In this document: piece by piece, positions 1 through 12,114 of the stretch
Layout of the letters: each line of letters starts with the position of its first letter
Numbering within the stretch: the stretch's first letter is position 1
NCBI RefSeq assembly: GCF_001194135.2
Contig: NC_068992.1
Location: 27,939,195 to 28,003,194, forward strand
Reading direction: 5' to 3'
DNA length: 64,000 nucleotides
Source of the DNA: Octopus bimaculoides
Lineage: Eukaryota
Position numbers and translations under genes: made by a program
Notes under the pieces: generated by a model
Told to the model about the DNA's origin: nothing
Database searches by the model: none
Seen by the model: the letters and a program-made list of their open reading frames with translations, nothing else

Positions 1-90
1 GTATTTCCTTGAAAATATGGTTATGAACAAGTTAAACCGTTTGTCTGTTTTTTTGTTTAACTTTTGTTTATTTTCTTTATTCTTTGACAG

Positions 91-204
91 ATTGGTGCAT
101 GGCTGAAAAAGAAGGAACTTCCAAGTACCAATAAGATGTGGTTTAAATCCATTGGGGAATCTTTTCTGGAGAAAGCTAAAGAAACTCTCAATAATTATCT
201 CATT
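91..204 (+). CDS. SNX25: Sorting nexin-25-like, internal exon (PX domain); gene begins upstream of the window
   Basis: ttgacAG|...|GTaagt; 114 nt, phase 0-0; IGAWLKKKELPSTNKMWFKSIGESFLEKAKETLNNYLI resembles the SNX25 PX segment (LPS..K..FKSI...F.EK.K..LN.FL). Confidence 0.9.
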
Positions 205-344
205 GTAAGTTCTTTCAGTGTTTAACATGTAAATAACAATACCTGTTGTGACCGTTGCACTGATTCATACCTAATGACTATAAATACTTATATATATATA
301 TATATATATCTATATATATATATATATATATATACATATATATA

Positions 345-513
345 AAGAAAACAGAAAATGGAGAAGTACTGATGAGCAACAATTGACTTACATCAACTAG
401 TATTTATTAATTCAATGCAAATAGACTGATGTGATGCAGTCTATTTGCATTGAATAAATAAATAATGTATGTCAATTGTTGTTCATCAGTGCTTCTCCAT
501 TTTCTGTTTTCTT
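345..513. repeat. Near-perfect fold-back (about 80 bp arms, 8 nt loop) in an SNX25 intron
   Basis: aagaaaacagaaaatggagaagtactgatgagcaacaattgac...tcaatgcaaatagactg / cagtctatttgcattga...gtcaattgttgttcatcagtgcttctccattttctgttttctt are reverse complements with few mismatches. Confidence 0.9.
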
Positions 514-578
514 CAAATTTTGATTCTTGATAAACTCATGTTCATTCTTGTCTTTACCGATAACTTATGAACATAATA

Positions 579-880
579 TGCATAACTTTCTGAAGGATAG
601 AAGTCAAGTGGTAGTAGCCAATGGGGCCACCTCTAATGACACGCAAATAGAGAGCGGTTTTCTGCAAGGCACTGTTTGGGACCACTACTGTTCATAATAG
701 CCCTCTCAGCCACACAGAGAGCCATGATCACAAGTTATGCAGATGATACAAAAGTGTCACAGGTGATACAGAACCCCGAAGACACTATGCACCTGGAATA
801 TGAGTTGGATGAAATATACAAGTGGGCTGAGAAGAATAGCATGCAGTTTAATGCTGAAAAGTTTCAAGCCTTGTGCTATC
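579..880 (+). mobile_element. Decayed CR1/L2-type LINE reverse transcriptase fragment
   Basis: QGT..GPLLFII...SYADDTK...WAEKNSMQFNAEK, with frameshifts. Confidence 0.8.
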
Positions 881-882
881 AG

Positions 883-1330
883 CATAACTTGTAACTGTGG
901 CTGAGGTCATATCTGAGAGGGTCATAATGAACAGCAGTGGTGCCAAAACAGTACCTTGTGGAAAACCGCTCACTATTTGCATGTCATTGGAGGTGGCGCC
1001 ATTGGCTACTTACTACCACCTGACTTCTATCCTTCAGAAAGTCATGCAGCCATTCTCCCAATTTCCCGACTATGCCGAGATCACGCAGTTTGTGACATAT
1101 CATCCATGATTGACCTTATCGAAGGCCTTTGCAAAGTTGAGATATACCACATCCACATTTGAGTGGTTGAGCAGTTGTTTCAACACCCAGTCATAGTGTT
1201 GTAAGAGCTTAGTCAGGCAGCTTCTTCCTGGTCGGAAACCATGTTGGGTGTCAGTCAGCAAGTTATTTTCCTCGAGGAAATCACATGGTTATATCTTTAT
1301 CCATATAACCAATCACATTGCATTGGCTGT
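883..1330 (-). mobile_element. Second decayed CR1/L2-type RT fragment, inverted relative to the first
   Basis: Minus strand reads QHGFRPGRSCLTKLL...VDVVYLNFAKAFDKVNHG...KLRDLGIVGKLGEWLHDFLKDRSQ...PQGTVLAPLLFI. Confidence 0.85.
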
Positions 1331-1435
1331 GTCTTGAATATATTGATCTTCACATTATTATTAATTTTCACTTTATTTGTAAACTGTATTTCATTAAATG
1401 TTTGTTAAGTTAATTCCTTTCCACTTTGCTTATAG

Positions 1436-1569
1436 ACTGTAATGAAAGATGATCGTATGGCTCAAAGTGAAGCACTCTTTGAATTCCTCTCGCCGGCGCC
1501 AGACTTCCTCAGTCAGCAGACACAAAACCGAAGCAACTGGAACTTTTCTCTTGGAAAATTGTTTCGGAA
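1436..1569 (+). CDS. SNX25: SNX25-like exon (end of PX domain)
   Basis: tatAG|...|GTgagt; TVMKDDRMAQSEALFEFLSPAPDFLSQQTQNRSNWNFSLGKLFR; QSEAL..FLSP.PD motif of SNX25; phase 0-2. Confidence 0.92.
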
Positions 1570-1869
1570 GTGAGTACATGATATTATAATATACATAAAT
1601 GCTCAAGTTGTTATGGTTACTTAGCTCTAGGATCAGCTCTGCTTTAGCAAATTGTTGTCACTGAGGTAAATGATCAAATGTTTAAGAACAACTCTAGCTT
1701 CACTACACTAGTAATGTTTTCACAGTATTGAAATCTCAAAGCTGTGAGATAATACATGATTAATTTAACCCTTTAGCATTCCGATTATTCTGCCAAATGT
1801 AATACTTTCTCATTCAAATTGTTTTTAATTACAGTTCTATATTTAAGAGATGTGGAATTATGTACATTC

Positions 1870-2141
1870 TTTACATTTGATGGATATTTGTCCTCATCTT
1901 GTTTGTTGTTAACACAATGTTTTGGCTGATATACCCTCCAGCCTTCATCAGTTAGTAGCCGAGTTCAATTCCAGGCAGTGACCTGAATAATAGTAATAAT
2001 AATAATATCGAAAAATACCTTAGGAATGAGAACCCAGGTTTGAAATTTCCCCAAGACACCTGATGAAGGCTGAAGGGAATATCAGCCGAAACGTTGTGTT
2101 AGCAACAAACAAGATGAGGACAAATATCCGTCAAATGTAAA
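1870..2141. mobile_element. Penelope-like (PLE pseudo-LTR-type) element with 82 bp inverted arms
   Basis: 1870-1951 is the reverse complement of 2060-2141; the right arm carries a hammerhead core; a truncated further copy lies at about 49970-50010. Confidence 0.6.
2055..2100 (+). ncRNA. Minimal type I hammerhead ribozyme motif
   Basis: GACAC-CUGAUGA-A-GGCUGA(AGGGAAUA)UCAGCC-GAAA-CGUU^GUGUU: stem I GACAC/GUGUU, 6 bp stem II, palindromic ACGU stem III, GUU cleavage triplet (cut after 2095); one extra A between A9 and G10.1. Confidence 0.65.
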
Positions 2142-3075
2142 TAATGTTGTTTTTAATTAATCATGCATTATTTTATAGCTTCAAAATTCAGCTGATGTGA
2201 TTATTTTATAATGGCATTGAAGGGTAGGTGTGATAGGGTAGATCTAGCTGGTTAGAATGTAAAACATGTAACATATTTGGGCTGGACATGGTCTGTTTAA
2301 ATGCTAAGGGGTTAAAACAAAATGAATAAATAAGCATTACATTTAACACAAGGAGGTGCATGGCCTAGTGGTTAGGGTTTTGCACTCGTAGTCATCAGAT
2401 CATGGGTTCAATTCCTGGACTGGGCAGCGTGTTGTTCTTGAGCAAAACACTTCATTTCATGTTGGTGTTAAGGTAGGATTTGCACTCATCATCATTATTT
2501 AAGGTCTGTTGTCTATGCTGGCATGGGTTGGACGGTTTGACATGAAGCTGGTCAACTGGGAGCTCTCCAGATTCCAATTGTCTGTTGTGACATGGTTTCT
2601 ACAGCTGGATGCCCTTCCTAATGCCAACCACTTAACAGAATGTGCTGGGTGCTTTTTACATGCCACCAGCACCAACCTCAAAACCCTCTCCAGCATTGAG
2701 TGCCCAAAACAGACCGTGTGTTGGAAGATCATGCAGAGGCATCATCCACCAGGAGTTGGGGATCCAAAAAACGGTGAATGTGTAGTGATGCACTGTTACA
2801 GTGCAAGCCCCCACACTACTACTACTGTTGCTGTTGCTATACTACAACTACTACTACTACTACTACATTTAATAGAATAATCTGAATGCTAAAGGGGTGA
2901 ATGTCACCTGAAGGTTACTGGAGGTTGGAGCGACCGAAATAGGGAATTAAAACCAGAAAGCTAAATAAAGAAGCTGATTAATACAGAAAATATCAATTGC
3001 TGTCAGATTAATTAATGTGACAAGTTTAGAGAGGCAACATGAAATCTAATTTTGAATGTTCATTGTTTTATCCAG

Positions 3076-3135
3076 ACTCCCTGTTAACTCTGATACTGAT
3101 GCTGAAGATGAATTCCTGTTTGTTAACTGTGAAGG
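3076..3135 (+). CDS. SNX25: SNX25-like short exon (acidic linker)
   Basis: tccAG|...|GTaagt; 60 nt, phase 2-2, (K)LPVNSDTDAEDEFLFVNCE(G); keeps frame with both neighbours. Confidence 0.75.
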
Positions 3136-6100
3136 GTAAGTTCTCTGGTTGAATATTGATGTTGTTGTTGTTGCTATTGTTGTCGTTGTTAGGGTGTCAA
3201 CAAGGTGAATGTGGAAGTTGTTAATGTTTCTGTTGACAACAAGTTTCTTGTTTTATGAGGTGGATGCCCTTCCTAATGCCATCTTGGTATTAAGGAGTAT
3301 TCATTAGAGTTATGGGACTTGCTATGATTGATGTTCTTAATCAATGAAGGAAATAAAGAAGAAAGAAAAATGAAATGCGACAAAACCTCATTCGCTGAAA
3401 AATTCTGGCTTTAAGGGTATTTCAAAAGGCCTGACTGAAGGCCCAACCTTCCAAGTTCTTTCACAGGGCTTAGAAAAACTGAAATACTTTTGCGATAATT
3501 GTGTGAATCTGAGAGGGGAATATGTTTAATAAAATCATAATTAAGTGATCCTCCTGTATTTTCTTTTACCCAAAGCCAGGAACTTTTTAGCACCCCCTCG
3601 TATACAAAAAGTGGACATTATTAGCTTATATAAGAAGTGTAATGCTGTGTGGCTGTGTAATGTTATGTGAGCTGTGTGACAGTAGTCAATTTTTCACCAT
3701 TTAGTCAAGGAAGGAAGGAAGGACAGCAGCCATGTCCATTTATTTTTTGAAGACCTCCAAGACTGAAAGGACTAGGCCTGATTATTTGCGAGAGGAAATT
3801 CCACTAAAAGACCATGTGGTGGTGTTAAACTATCACCCAGGAACTCAAACTGCAAAGTGTTCAATCTGACATGCTGACAATTTCACCAATCCTTGGATTG
3901 ATATTTTATTTTGTCCATCTTCAAAAGGATAAACAGCAAAGTTGGTTTTGGCAAGATTTGGAGTTAGAGCACAGCAAGTCAGAACAAAGACCACAAGGTA
4001 TTGTAACAGTTCTGTTAATCTGTGTAGAAGGCTTGCAGTTGTGTCTGGCAGTGGTTTATGTGAGATTTCAGTAAAATAGAGTCAAGTTAGATGAAATATG
4101 GGCAATACCACCACCACTACCTCCTCTCCTCCTCCTCATCATCATACGTCTGTTTTCCATGCTGGCATAGGTTGGAAAGTTTGACAGGAGCTGATAAGGC
4201 AGAGAACTAAACCAGGCTTCAATTGTCTGTTTTAGCATGGTTTCTATGGCTGGATGCCCTTCCTAATGCAGGCCACTTTACAGACTGTATTGGGTGTTTT
4301 TTTTTTTTATGTGGTACCACCACCAGTGCTTTATTCATGGTACTAGCATGGGTGCTTTTTATGTGGCACCAGCAATGCATTCATAGAATTTGTTAATATA
4401 TTGAAAGAAAGAAATTGAGTTCTGAACTGNNNNNNNNNNNNNNNNNNNNNNNNNNNNNNNNNNNNNNNNNNNNNNNNNNNNNNNNNNNNNNNNNNNNNNN
4501 NNNNNNNNNNNNNNNNNNNNNNNNNNNNNNNNNNNNNNNNNNNNNNNNNNNNNNNNNNNNNNNNNNNNNNNNNNNNNNNNNNNNNNNNNNNNNNNNNNNN
4601 NNNNNNNNNNNNNNNNNNNNNNNNNNNNNNNNNNNNNNNNNNNNNNNNNNNNNNNNNNNNNNNNNNNNNNNNNNNNNNNNNNNNNNNNNNNNNNNNNNNN
4701 NNNNNNNNNNNNNNNNNNNNNNNNNNNNNNNNNNNNNNNNNNNNNNNNNNNNNNNNNNNNNNNNNNNNNNNNNNNNNNNNNNNNNNNNNNNNNNNNNNNN
4801 NNNNNNNNNNNNNNNNNNNNNNNNNNNNNNNNNNNNNNNNNNNNNNNNNNNNNNNNNNNNNNNNNNNNNNNNNNNNNNNNNNNNATATATATCTGTGTGT
4901 GTGGTGGGGGCACATGGCCTAGTGGTTAGGCTGTTGCACTCACTATTGCTAGATCATGAGTTCAATTCCCAGACCAGGCAGCTCATTGTGCTCTTGACCA
5001 AAACACTTTATTTCACATTTGTCCAGTCCCTTTTGATTAGCGGGGTGGGGGAAAGGAATGTTGACCTGCTCGCTTAGCCAGCAGGGTGGCGTCATTCAGT
5101 GGCTAAAACGATGCAAAGCACATTGTAACTAGCAATGTGTAACAACATCTGTTAGTCTGGTCGGTCATGAGATTATGTGATGTATATAGACATAGGAGAG
5201 GTGAGTGTGTAAATATGAAAATAAAAGGGTAAAAAAATGGCAAATGTTTTGTGAAGAGTTGTATGAGTAACACATGCAGAGGGAAACTTTAGATTAAACT
5301 AATGATATGAGATTTGCAGCACATGAACAGTTTGTGCATTACAGATTTATCTGATGCTGCTAGTATGAAAAACGGAGTGTAATGTCTGCTATGGCAGCAA
5401 TAATGCAATAGGCAACAGAAATGATCCAATAACTTATGGTTTTAAATTACATCCTTAAAACTTTACTATTAAGCTCAATGGAATCTGTAAAGTAAACTTC
5501 TTGTAATATATGGGGATTATACTCTCTGCTGGACATTTATGGTATTATTCCAGCCAATAAATTTAAAAAAAAAAGAAGCATCTTCGCCATCACTGCCATC
5601 ATCATTAAGGTAGTGGATTGGTTGAATTGTGTGTTGGGCAAATTGCTCTGCAGTATATGTTTCAGCTGTTTAGTTTCTAAGTTCAAATCTTGCCATGATC
5701 AATTTTCGCTTGTCATCTTTCTGGGACAAATGAAATAAAGAATCAGTCAAGTGCCAGGGTTGGGGTTAATAGAATTGACTGCTCCTCTCCCTTTAAATTT
5801 CTGGCTTAGTGCCTATTTTAGAAATAATGATAATAATAATAATCCTTTCTACTTTAGACTAAACATTTCGTCCAGCATGCTAACAATTCTGCCCGCTCGC
5901 TGCCTTCATGATAATAATTTTGGGGCCTGAAATTTCGGGGGAGGGGTATAGTTGATTACATCAACCCCGAAAGGAAGAAAAGCAAAGTCAACCTCAGCAG
6001 AATTTGAACTCAGAATCAGCCGACAGCCAAAATGCTGCTAAGCATTTATCCTGCTGGGCTAACGATTCTGCCAGCTCAACACCTCAATAATAATAACAGT

Positions 6101-6352
6101 AATAATCCTTCCTACTTTAGGCAGAAGGCCTGAAAATTTAAAGGTGGGAGCTGGTCGGTTACATTGGTACTTTCTTTTATTGTTCCTGAAAGGATGACAG
6201 ATAACGCTAAACTTAAAATCCATAATAAATCACAACAAATTTCCAGTGTTGTTTCTTACACAATAAAATTACCATATTGAGATGGGGTTTTTTTGTTTTT
6301 TGTTTTTTTGTTTTTTTCATTTGAGTATTTTTCTTTTCTTTTCTTTTCAAAG

Positions 6353-6499
6353 TGGTAAAGAGGAACAAAACCGCGATTCCATTGCTGAGCCGTTACACCA
6401 TTTGATTAATGAAATCTTTGAGCTGCATGGTCCACTGAAATGGTTACGGAAAAGCTTCATAATATGTGTTGAAGCAATGTGTGGAGGCCCCATTAATAG
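6353..6499 (+). CDS. SNX25: SNX25-like exon (start of Nexin_C/PXC domain)
   Basis: Long polypyrimidine tract, caaAG|...|GTgag; GKEEQNRDSIAEPLHHLINEIFELHGPLKWLRKSFIICVEAMCGGPINR; DS.AEP...LI.EIFEL motif; phase 2-2. Confidence 0.92.
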
Positions 6500-6800
6500 G
6501 TGAGCCTTTGCTTCTTTGGTTTGGATGATTTACTGAAACAGTTTAATTGATATATTTATGCTTTTTAAGATTGTCAGTCAACATATATTTTATGCACAAC
6601 GTCAATCTCAAGGACATGAAATAAATTTAAACATTATCTTGGAAAGCCTTGCTGTGAGAGGAAATTCTAAGAATGTAAACATAGCACTTTGTGCAAGTGC
6701 CTTCTTCTATAGCCTCAGGCTGATTAAAGCCTTGTAAGTGGATTTGGTAGACAGAAACTGAAAGAAGCCCTTCATATATATATCTGTTTCTATCTCATTC

Positions 6801-7760
6801 CAGGGTGAAAAACTAGAGGTAGTCGATAGCTTCCGCTATCTGGGCGACCAAGTTAGTAGTGGGGGTGGGTGCGCTGAAAGTGTAGCTACTAGAATAAGAA
6901 TAGCCTGGGCAAAGTTTAGAGAGCTCTTACCCCTGCTGGCGACAAAGGGACTCTCACTCAGAGTAAAAGGCAGACTGTATGACGCATGCGTACGAACAAC
7001 CATGCTACATGGCAGTGAAACATGGGCTGTAACTGCTGAGGACATACGTAAGCTCGCAAGGAATGAAGCCAGTATGCTCCGTTGGATGTGTAATATCAAT
7101 GTGAATACCCGTCAGAGTGTAAGTATCTTGAGAGAAAAGCTGAACATTAGAAGCATCANNNNNNNNNNNNNNNNNNNNNNNNNNNNNNNNNNNNNNNNNN
7201 NNNNNNNNNNNNNNNNNNNNNNNNNNNNNNNNNNNNNNNNNNNNNNNNNNNNNNNNNNNNNNNNNNNNNNNNNNNNNNNNNNNNNNNNNNNNNNNNNNNN
7301 NNNNNNNNNNNNNNNNNNNNNNNNNNNNNNNNNNNNNNNNNNNNNNNNNNNNNNNNNNNNNNNNNNNNNNNNNNNNNNNNNNNNNNNNNNNNNNNNNNNN
7401 NNNNNNNNNNNNNNNNNNNNNNNNNNNNNNNNNNNNNNNNNNNNNNNNNNNNNNNNNNNNNNNNNNNNNNNNNNNNNNNNNNNNNNNNNNNNNNNNNNNN
7501 NNNNNNNNNNNNNNNNNNNNNNNNNNNNNNNNNNNNNNNNNNNNNNNNNNNNNNNNNNNNNNNNNNNNNNNNNNNNNNNNNNNNCCCACTACACTCTCTG
7601 AGTGGTTGGCGTTAGGAAGGGCATCCAGCTGTAGAAACTCTGCCAAATCAGACTGGAGCCTGGTGTTGCCATCCGGTTTCACCAGTCCTCAGTCAAATCG
7701 TCCAACCCATGCTAGCATGGAAAGCGGACGTTAAACGATGATGATGATGATGATGATGAT
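6801..7760 (+). mobile_element. 5'-truncated RTE-clade LINE (RT C-terminus, 3' UTR, (GAT)n tail), spans an N-gap
   Basis: Open frame GEKLEVVDSFRYLGDQVSSGGGCAESVATRIRIAWAKFRELLPLLATKGLSLRVKGRLYDACVRTTMLHGSETW...; ends aaagcggacgttaaac(gat)n. Confidence 0.9.
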
Positions 7761-8372
7761 GTGTGTGTCTTTGTGTCTGTGTTTGTCCCCCCATCACTGC
7801 TTGACAACTGGTGTTGGTGTGTTTATGTCCCTGTAACTTAGTAGTTCAGCAAACAGCAAAAGAGACCGATAGAACTAGGCTTTAGAAAAAAAAGATTTGT
7901 TCAACTAAAATCTTTCAAGGCAGTGCTCCAGCATGGCCACAAAGCAGTCATTAGACAGTAGCAGAACCAGCAGTCAGCTAGAGTGCTGTGACATACAAAA
8001 ACAATAAATAGACAGCGACCGCACTGCACACTAATTAGCTAACGTCATGACAGTGACTGCTATGATACCTGGTTCAAGAACAATAAGCTTTGAATTATCT
8101 CAGTGTTTATCATTCATAGTAACGGCAATGTGTTTTTTGTTTATGATTAAAAAATTTTTTTTCAAAAATATTGAATAGATTTTGGTGTTCTTTATTGTAA
8201 CAGACTAAACAGTCAATCTTCCAAGAATATGACATGTTTCTAACAGATTGGGTGAATTCTCCAATATTTCCTTTTGGCATTGTGGCTTACCCATTCTTCA
8301 TAATTGTTTTAGGTCTCTATTTCTAGTGCCTCATTTTAGTATTTTGAATTTTTTTTTTATTTCATATTTCAG

Positions 8373-8554
8373 ACAATTACGTATGGCTGTTGACTGGATG
8401 TTCTCTGATTCGATGCTAATTTATTACATAAAAACATTCAAAGACTCTCTTTGGCCCAACGGCATTCTGGCTGAGCCATGTCCACCAAAGACAGAAGAGG
8501 AAAAAATGAAAATCAGAATGGAAGCAAAAGAGAAAATTATTCAAAATGTACCTG
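8373..8554 (+). CDS. SNX25: SNX25-like exon (Nexin_C domain)
   Basis: ttcAG|...|GTatgt; QLRMAVDWMFSDSMLIYYIKTFKDSLWPNGILAEPCPPKTEEEKMKIRMEAKEKIIQNVP; WPNG motif; phase 2-1. Confidence 0.93.
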
Positions 8555-9282
8555 GTATGTATCTTTGACAAATTGTATTTCTGCATTTGAGACATTGTGA
8601 TTATGAAGACAAGATGCTGGTTTACTAACTATATATAACGATGAAGAGTTCAAATCTTACTATATTACAGCTCTATCAGAAGCAATATTTGAGATGTGTT
8701 AGTTTGCTGTGAAGAGAAGAAATACTGTATGGTTAAGAAACTTGGTTGCAAAGCAATCTTCTTAACTACATTTTGGGTTCAATCCAACTGCATGGCACCT
8801 TGGGCAAATGTCTTCTACAATAGACTCAGGCTACCCAATGCCTTGTAGGTGGGAAATGTTTGGAAGCATATGTCTTTGTGCCTATGTTTGTCCTGCTTAC
8901 CACGTGACAATAGTGTTGGTTTGTTTATATCCCTGTATCTTAGCAATTCTTCAAAAGACATGACGGAATAAGTACCAGACTTTAAAAGTAAGTACCAGGG
9001 TCAAGCTGTTCAACTAAAACCCTTTGAGGTGGTGCTCAAATGACTAGAACAAATGGCATTTTTTCTCACTCCTCTTCTTCCTCTACTTTTGTCCTTCCTC
9101 AGCACATGACTCAACCATTTCATCCCATTTCTCTTTCACAACATTCATCACTGACTCTATTCCTATCATTCTAAATGCACTACACAAAATCAAAATCTTT
9201 ACTGCTACTTTTACAACTTCATAATTCTTAATCATAATAGTAAAACTGACTGTTATATTATTTTGTTGGTTTTATTTTTTAG

Positions 9283-9383
9283 ACGTATTAAAGACATTGG
9301 TCGGTGATGACAATGCAAGACAAGGGACCATTAAAATATTTGAAATTTTACAAGATGTCCAATTAAACAAGCAGTTGTTTTAT
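9283..9383 (+). CDS. SNX25: SNX25-like exon (Nexin_C domain)
   Basis: tttAG|...|GTaagt; DVLKTLVGDDNARQGTIKIFEILQDVQLNKQLFY; LVG..NAR.G.IKIF..LQ....NK.L.Y motif; phase 1-0. Confidence 0.93.
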
Positions 9384-10780
9384 GTAAGTCTCGTTTCATT
9401 TTCCCAATTGCCAACTCCACTACATGTTTTTATAAAGCTGTGTGTGAAAGTGTGTGGATGTATCTATGAGTGAAGTAGTGAAGATGTCTGTATGTGGAAA
9501 TGTGTAAGTGGATGTATGAGTGTATCGATTGATGAAAGTGTTCAGATGCATGTGGCAGTGTGTAGAGGCATGGAAGTGTATATAATATGTAAATGTGTGT
9601 GTATGTGTGAAAGTATATAAGTGAATGAGGTGCATGTTGGTGTGTGAAGTCATGTGTTGTGAAAATGTGTAGATGCATGTTTGAATGGATAATTGTGTGA
9701 ATGTGTAAAAACATATAGGTGTATGTATGAATGTGTCGGTGTATTATCAAGAATTTTTTAAAAGGAAAGTGAGAAAATACTAAGATGAAGTATATAAAAA
9801 TGAAGCCTGAGTTTGAAGTTAAAATGAAGAAAAACGAGACAGACAGACAGACAAACAGAGAAAGAGGAGGAGAGAGAGAGAGAAGCTGTTGTGATAATGT
9901 CATTGCTATTGGCAGTTCTTGATTTCTCTCTGTTTCCTTTTCTGCTTCTCTTATCCTCCTCCTCCTCCAGTCAATGGCTGCTTCTGCTAATCAACGTAGT
10001 CACCATTACCAGTAAGGTAACCAACATATCCTTGATACAATAATAATTTGCCTGGTAGTTTAAGATTTAGGGATATATTAGGGCTGCTGGGTCCTTCCTA
10101 TCCACGAGAGTGTTTACTGTGATGGTCTGCTATTTGCCTGTTATTTAAACATAGCCATCAGGGATTTAGGGGTTCCCATTAGAACAATTGAGCCCTACCC
10201 ATGACAGTGTTCGCTGTTATGAGCTCTTTAGTGTTTCCATCACAGATTTAGGGGTTCATTAGACCTACTGGGCCCTATCTTTGACAATGTCAATTGCGCT
10301 GATCTGCTGTTTAACATGCTCATCACAGACTGAGATGGAGAATGGTTTAGTCAATTGAGCTGACCCTAGTACATAACTGGTATGTGTTTTATTAATCCTG
10401 CTGGGACAAAAAGCAAAGTTGATTTTTGTTGGATTTGAGTGCAGACTAATGGGATATATTTTGTAATATAATGGATTTAGTATTTCTTTCAACTGATTAG
10501 TTTTTTTTTTTTTTAGATAATAATAGTTATAATGATTTCGAATTTTTGCCACAAGGACAGCTTGGGGGTGTGGATTAAGTTGATTACATCAACCTAGGTG
10601 CGTAACTGGTACTTATTTGATTGACTCCGAAAGGATGAAAGGCTAAGTCAAGCTTGGCGGAATTTGAACTCAGACCATAAAAACAGAGGAAATGCTGCTA
10701 AGCATTTTGCCTGGCATGCTAACAATTCTGCTAGCTCACCACCTTAATAATAATAATAATTTTTTTCTTGTTTTTTTCAG

Positions 10781-10876
10781 AATGTTATTGAACTTGTCCT
10801 ACAAGAAGTCTGTCCTGAATTGAACATCAAATTCCCTTCAAAACATTTTTTCTTATCAACAGGAGTTGTTCAGTGA
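10781..10876 (+). CDS. SNX25: SNX25-like terminal coding exon
   Basis: ttcAG| NVIELVLQEVCPELNIKFPSKHFFLSTGVVQ-TGA; E..L.E.CPEL motif typical of the SNX13/14/19/25 C-terminus. Confidence 0.9.
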   Translation, partial: NVIELVLQEVCPELNIKFPSKHFFLSTGVVQ

Positions 10877-11265
10877 CTCTTCATTCTTATCTGAGTTGTT
10901 TGATAGTCAGTTGCCTCCCTCAACTGTCCCTTCATTCTGTTTTACTGATATCTTCATTCTGTAGCTCTAAAAGAAAATATTTCATTGGTTTGTAATATAC
11001 AGGGACCACCCTTTGTCTTTTAATGCTAATAATCACCGCGAGAGTGAATAAGTTTGTAGGAATAAATGACCAAATCTTTGACGTAGGTGTCAAAGGATAT
11101 TAGTTGGATTATCTCTCAATTTTCTAGTTGTCTATGGTCTGTGTCTTAATTTTAAATGTTGCAGTCTGACAGGAGTTTAGTAAACACGGCCCAGTGCTAA
11201 TGGCAGAATATGAATCATTGATCTTTTACGTTATAAACTGACATTCCGTTTGTGATAGGAGCATC

Positions 11266-11385
11266 AATAAATAACCAGAGTTTCTTCACCAGCTGTAACT
11301 AATTTGTTTACTCTTTAAGTGGGGAATATAATTCTTCAATAATAAAGACCACAAAAAATGGGGACCATAAAAAATTTTAAATAAA
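11266..11385 (+). terminator. Candidate polyadenylation signals for SNX25
   Basis: AATAAA at 11266, 11341 and 11380, 0.4-0.5 kb after the stop; which one is used cannot be determined. Confidence 0.4.
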
Positions 11386-11989
11386 AACAACAGAAGAAGT
11401 ATAATTAAACCTGTAAAAAGCTGGTTTAATTAGTTGTTTATTAATTAATTATATATGAAATAGCATAATCTTATCAATTATATGAATGTATTTAATATTT
11501 CTGGGATGATTAGTTTGGTATCAAAACTGAAATTAGTGAAAGTCTAGTTACTGCTCACATACTATTTGTTATATTATTATTATTCTTAAAACATCTCCCA
11601 GTTCAATATAAGTGAACGAGATGCTTACATCTTCGAAGTATACATAAAGAATGTAATGAGGTTTTAACATTGAGTGAATGAAGTTAGTTATTCATTCATT
11701 AATGAAGATGACACAGTACAGGATAGTTTGTATGAGTGAGCATACCCAGTTGTGAAGATTGTTTTGAATGAAATCAGTGTTTCTCAGGTTGGGGTGTTGT
11801 AATACTTTGGTGGAGCATGACTTACTCCAGAATGAGGTGTAAGTTACAAGTGAATGAACCTTCAATGTAGTATTGATCAAAACATTTTTTGAATATACAT
11901 ACATATATATACAGATACACATATAATTAATGAGTGCATGAACAAAACACATCCAGTATGTGGTATTGATAATGTTTGTATTATTAGAA

Positions 11990-12061
11990 GTGCTTTTAAT
12001 TCATATATGTGTGTGTGTGTATGTATATACATATTTGTGTGTGTATTTATGTATATACATA

Positions 12062-12114
<53 letters not shown>

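Larger units (their letters stand above)
1769..2311. mobile_element. piggyBac-type MITE (TTAA|CCCTT...AGGG|TTAA) interrupted by a ~0.3 kb Penelope-like insert
   Basis: TTAA at 1765-1768 and 2312-2315; body matches uninterrupted ~220 bp copies at 32296, 48678 and 62027. Confidence 0.75.
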
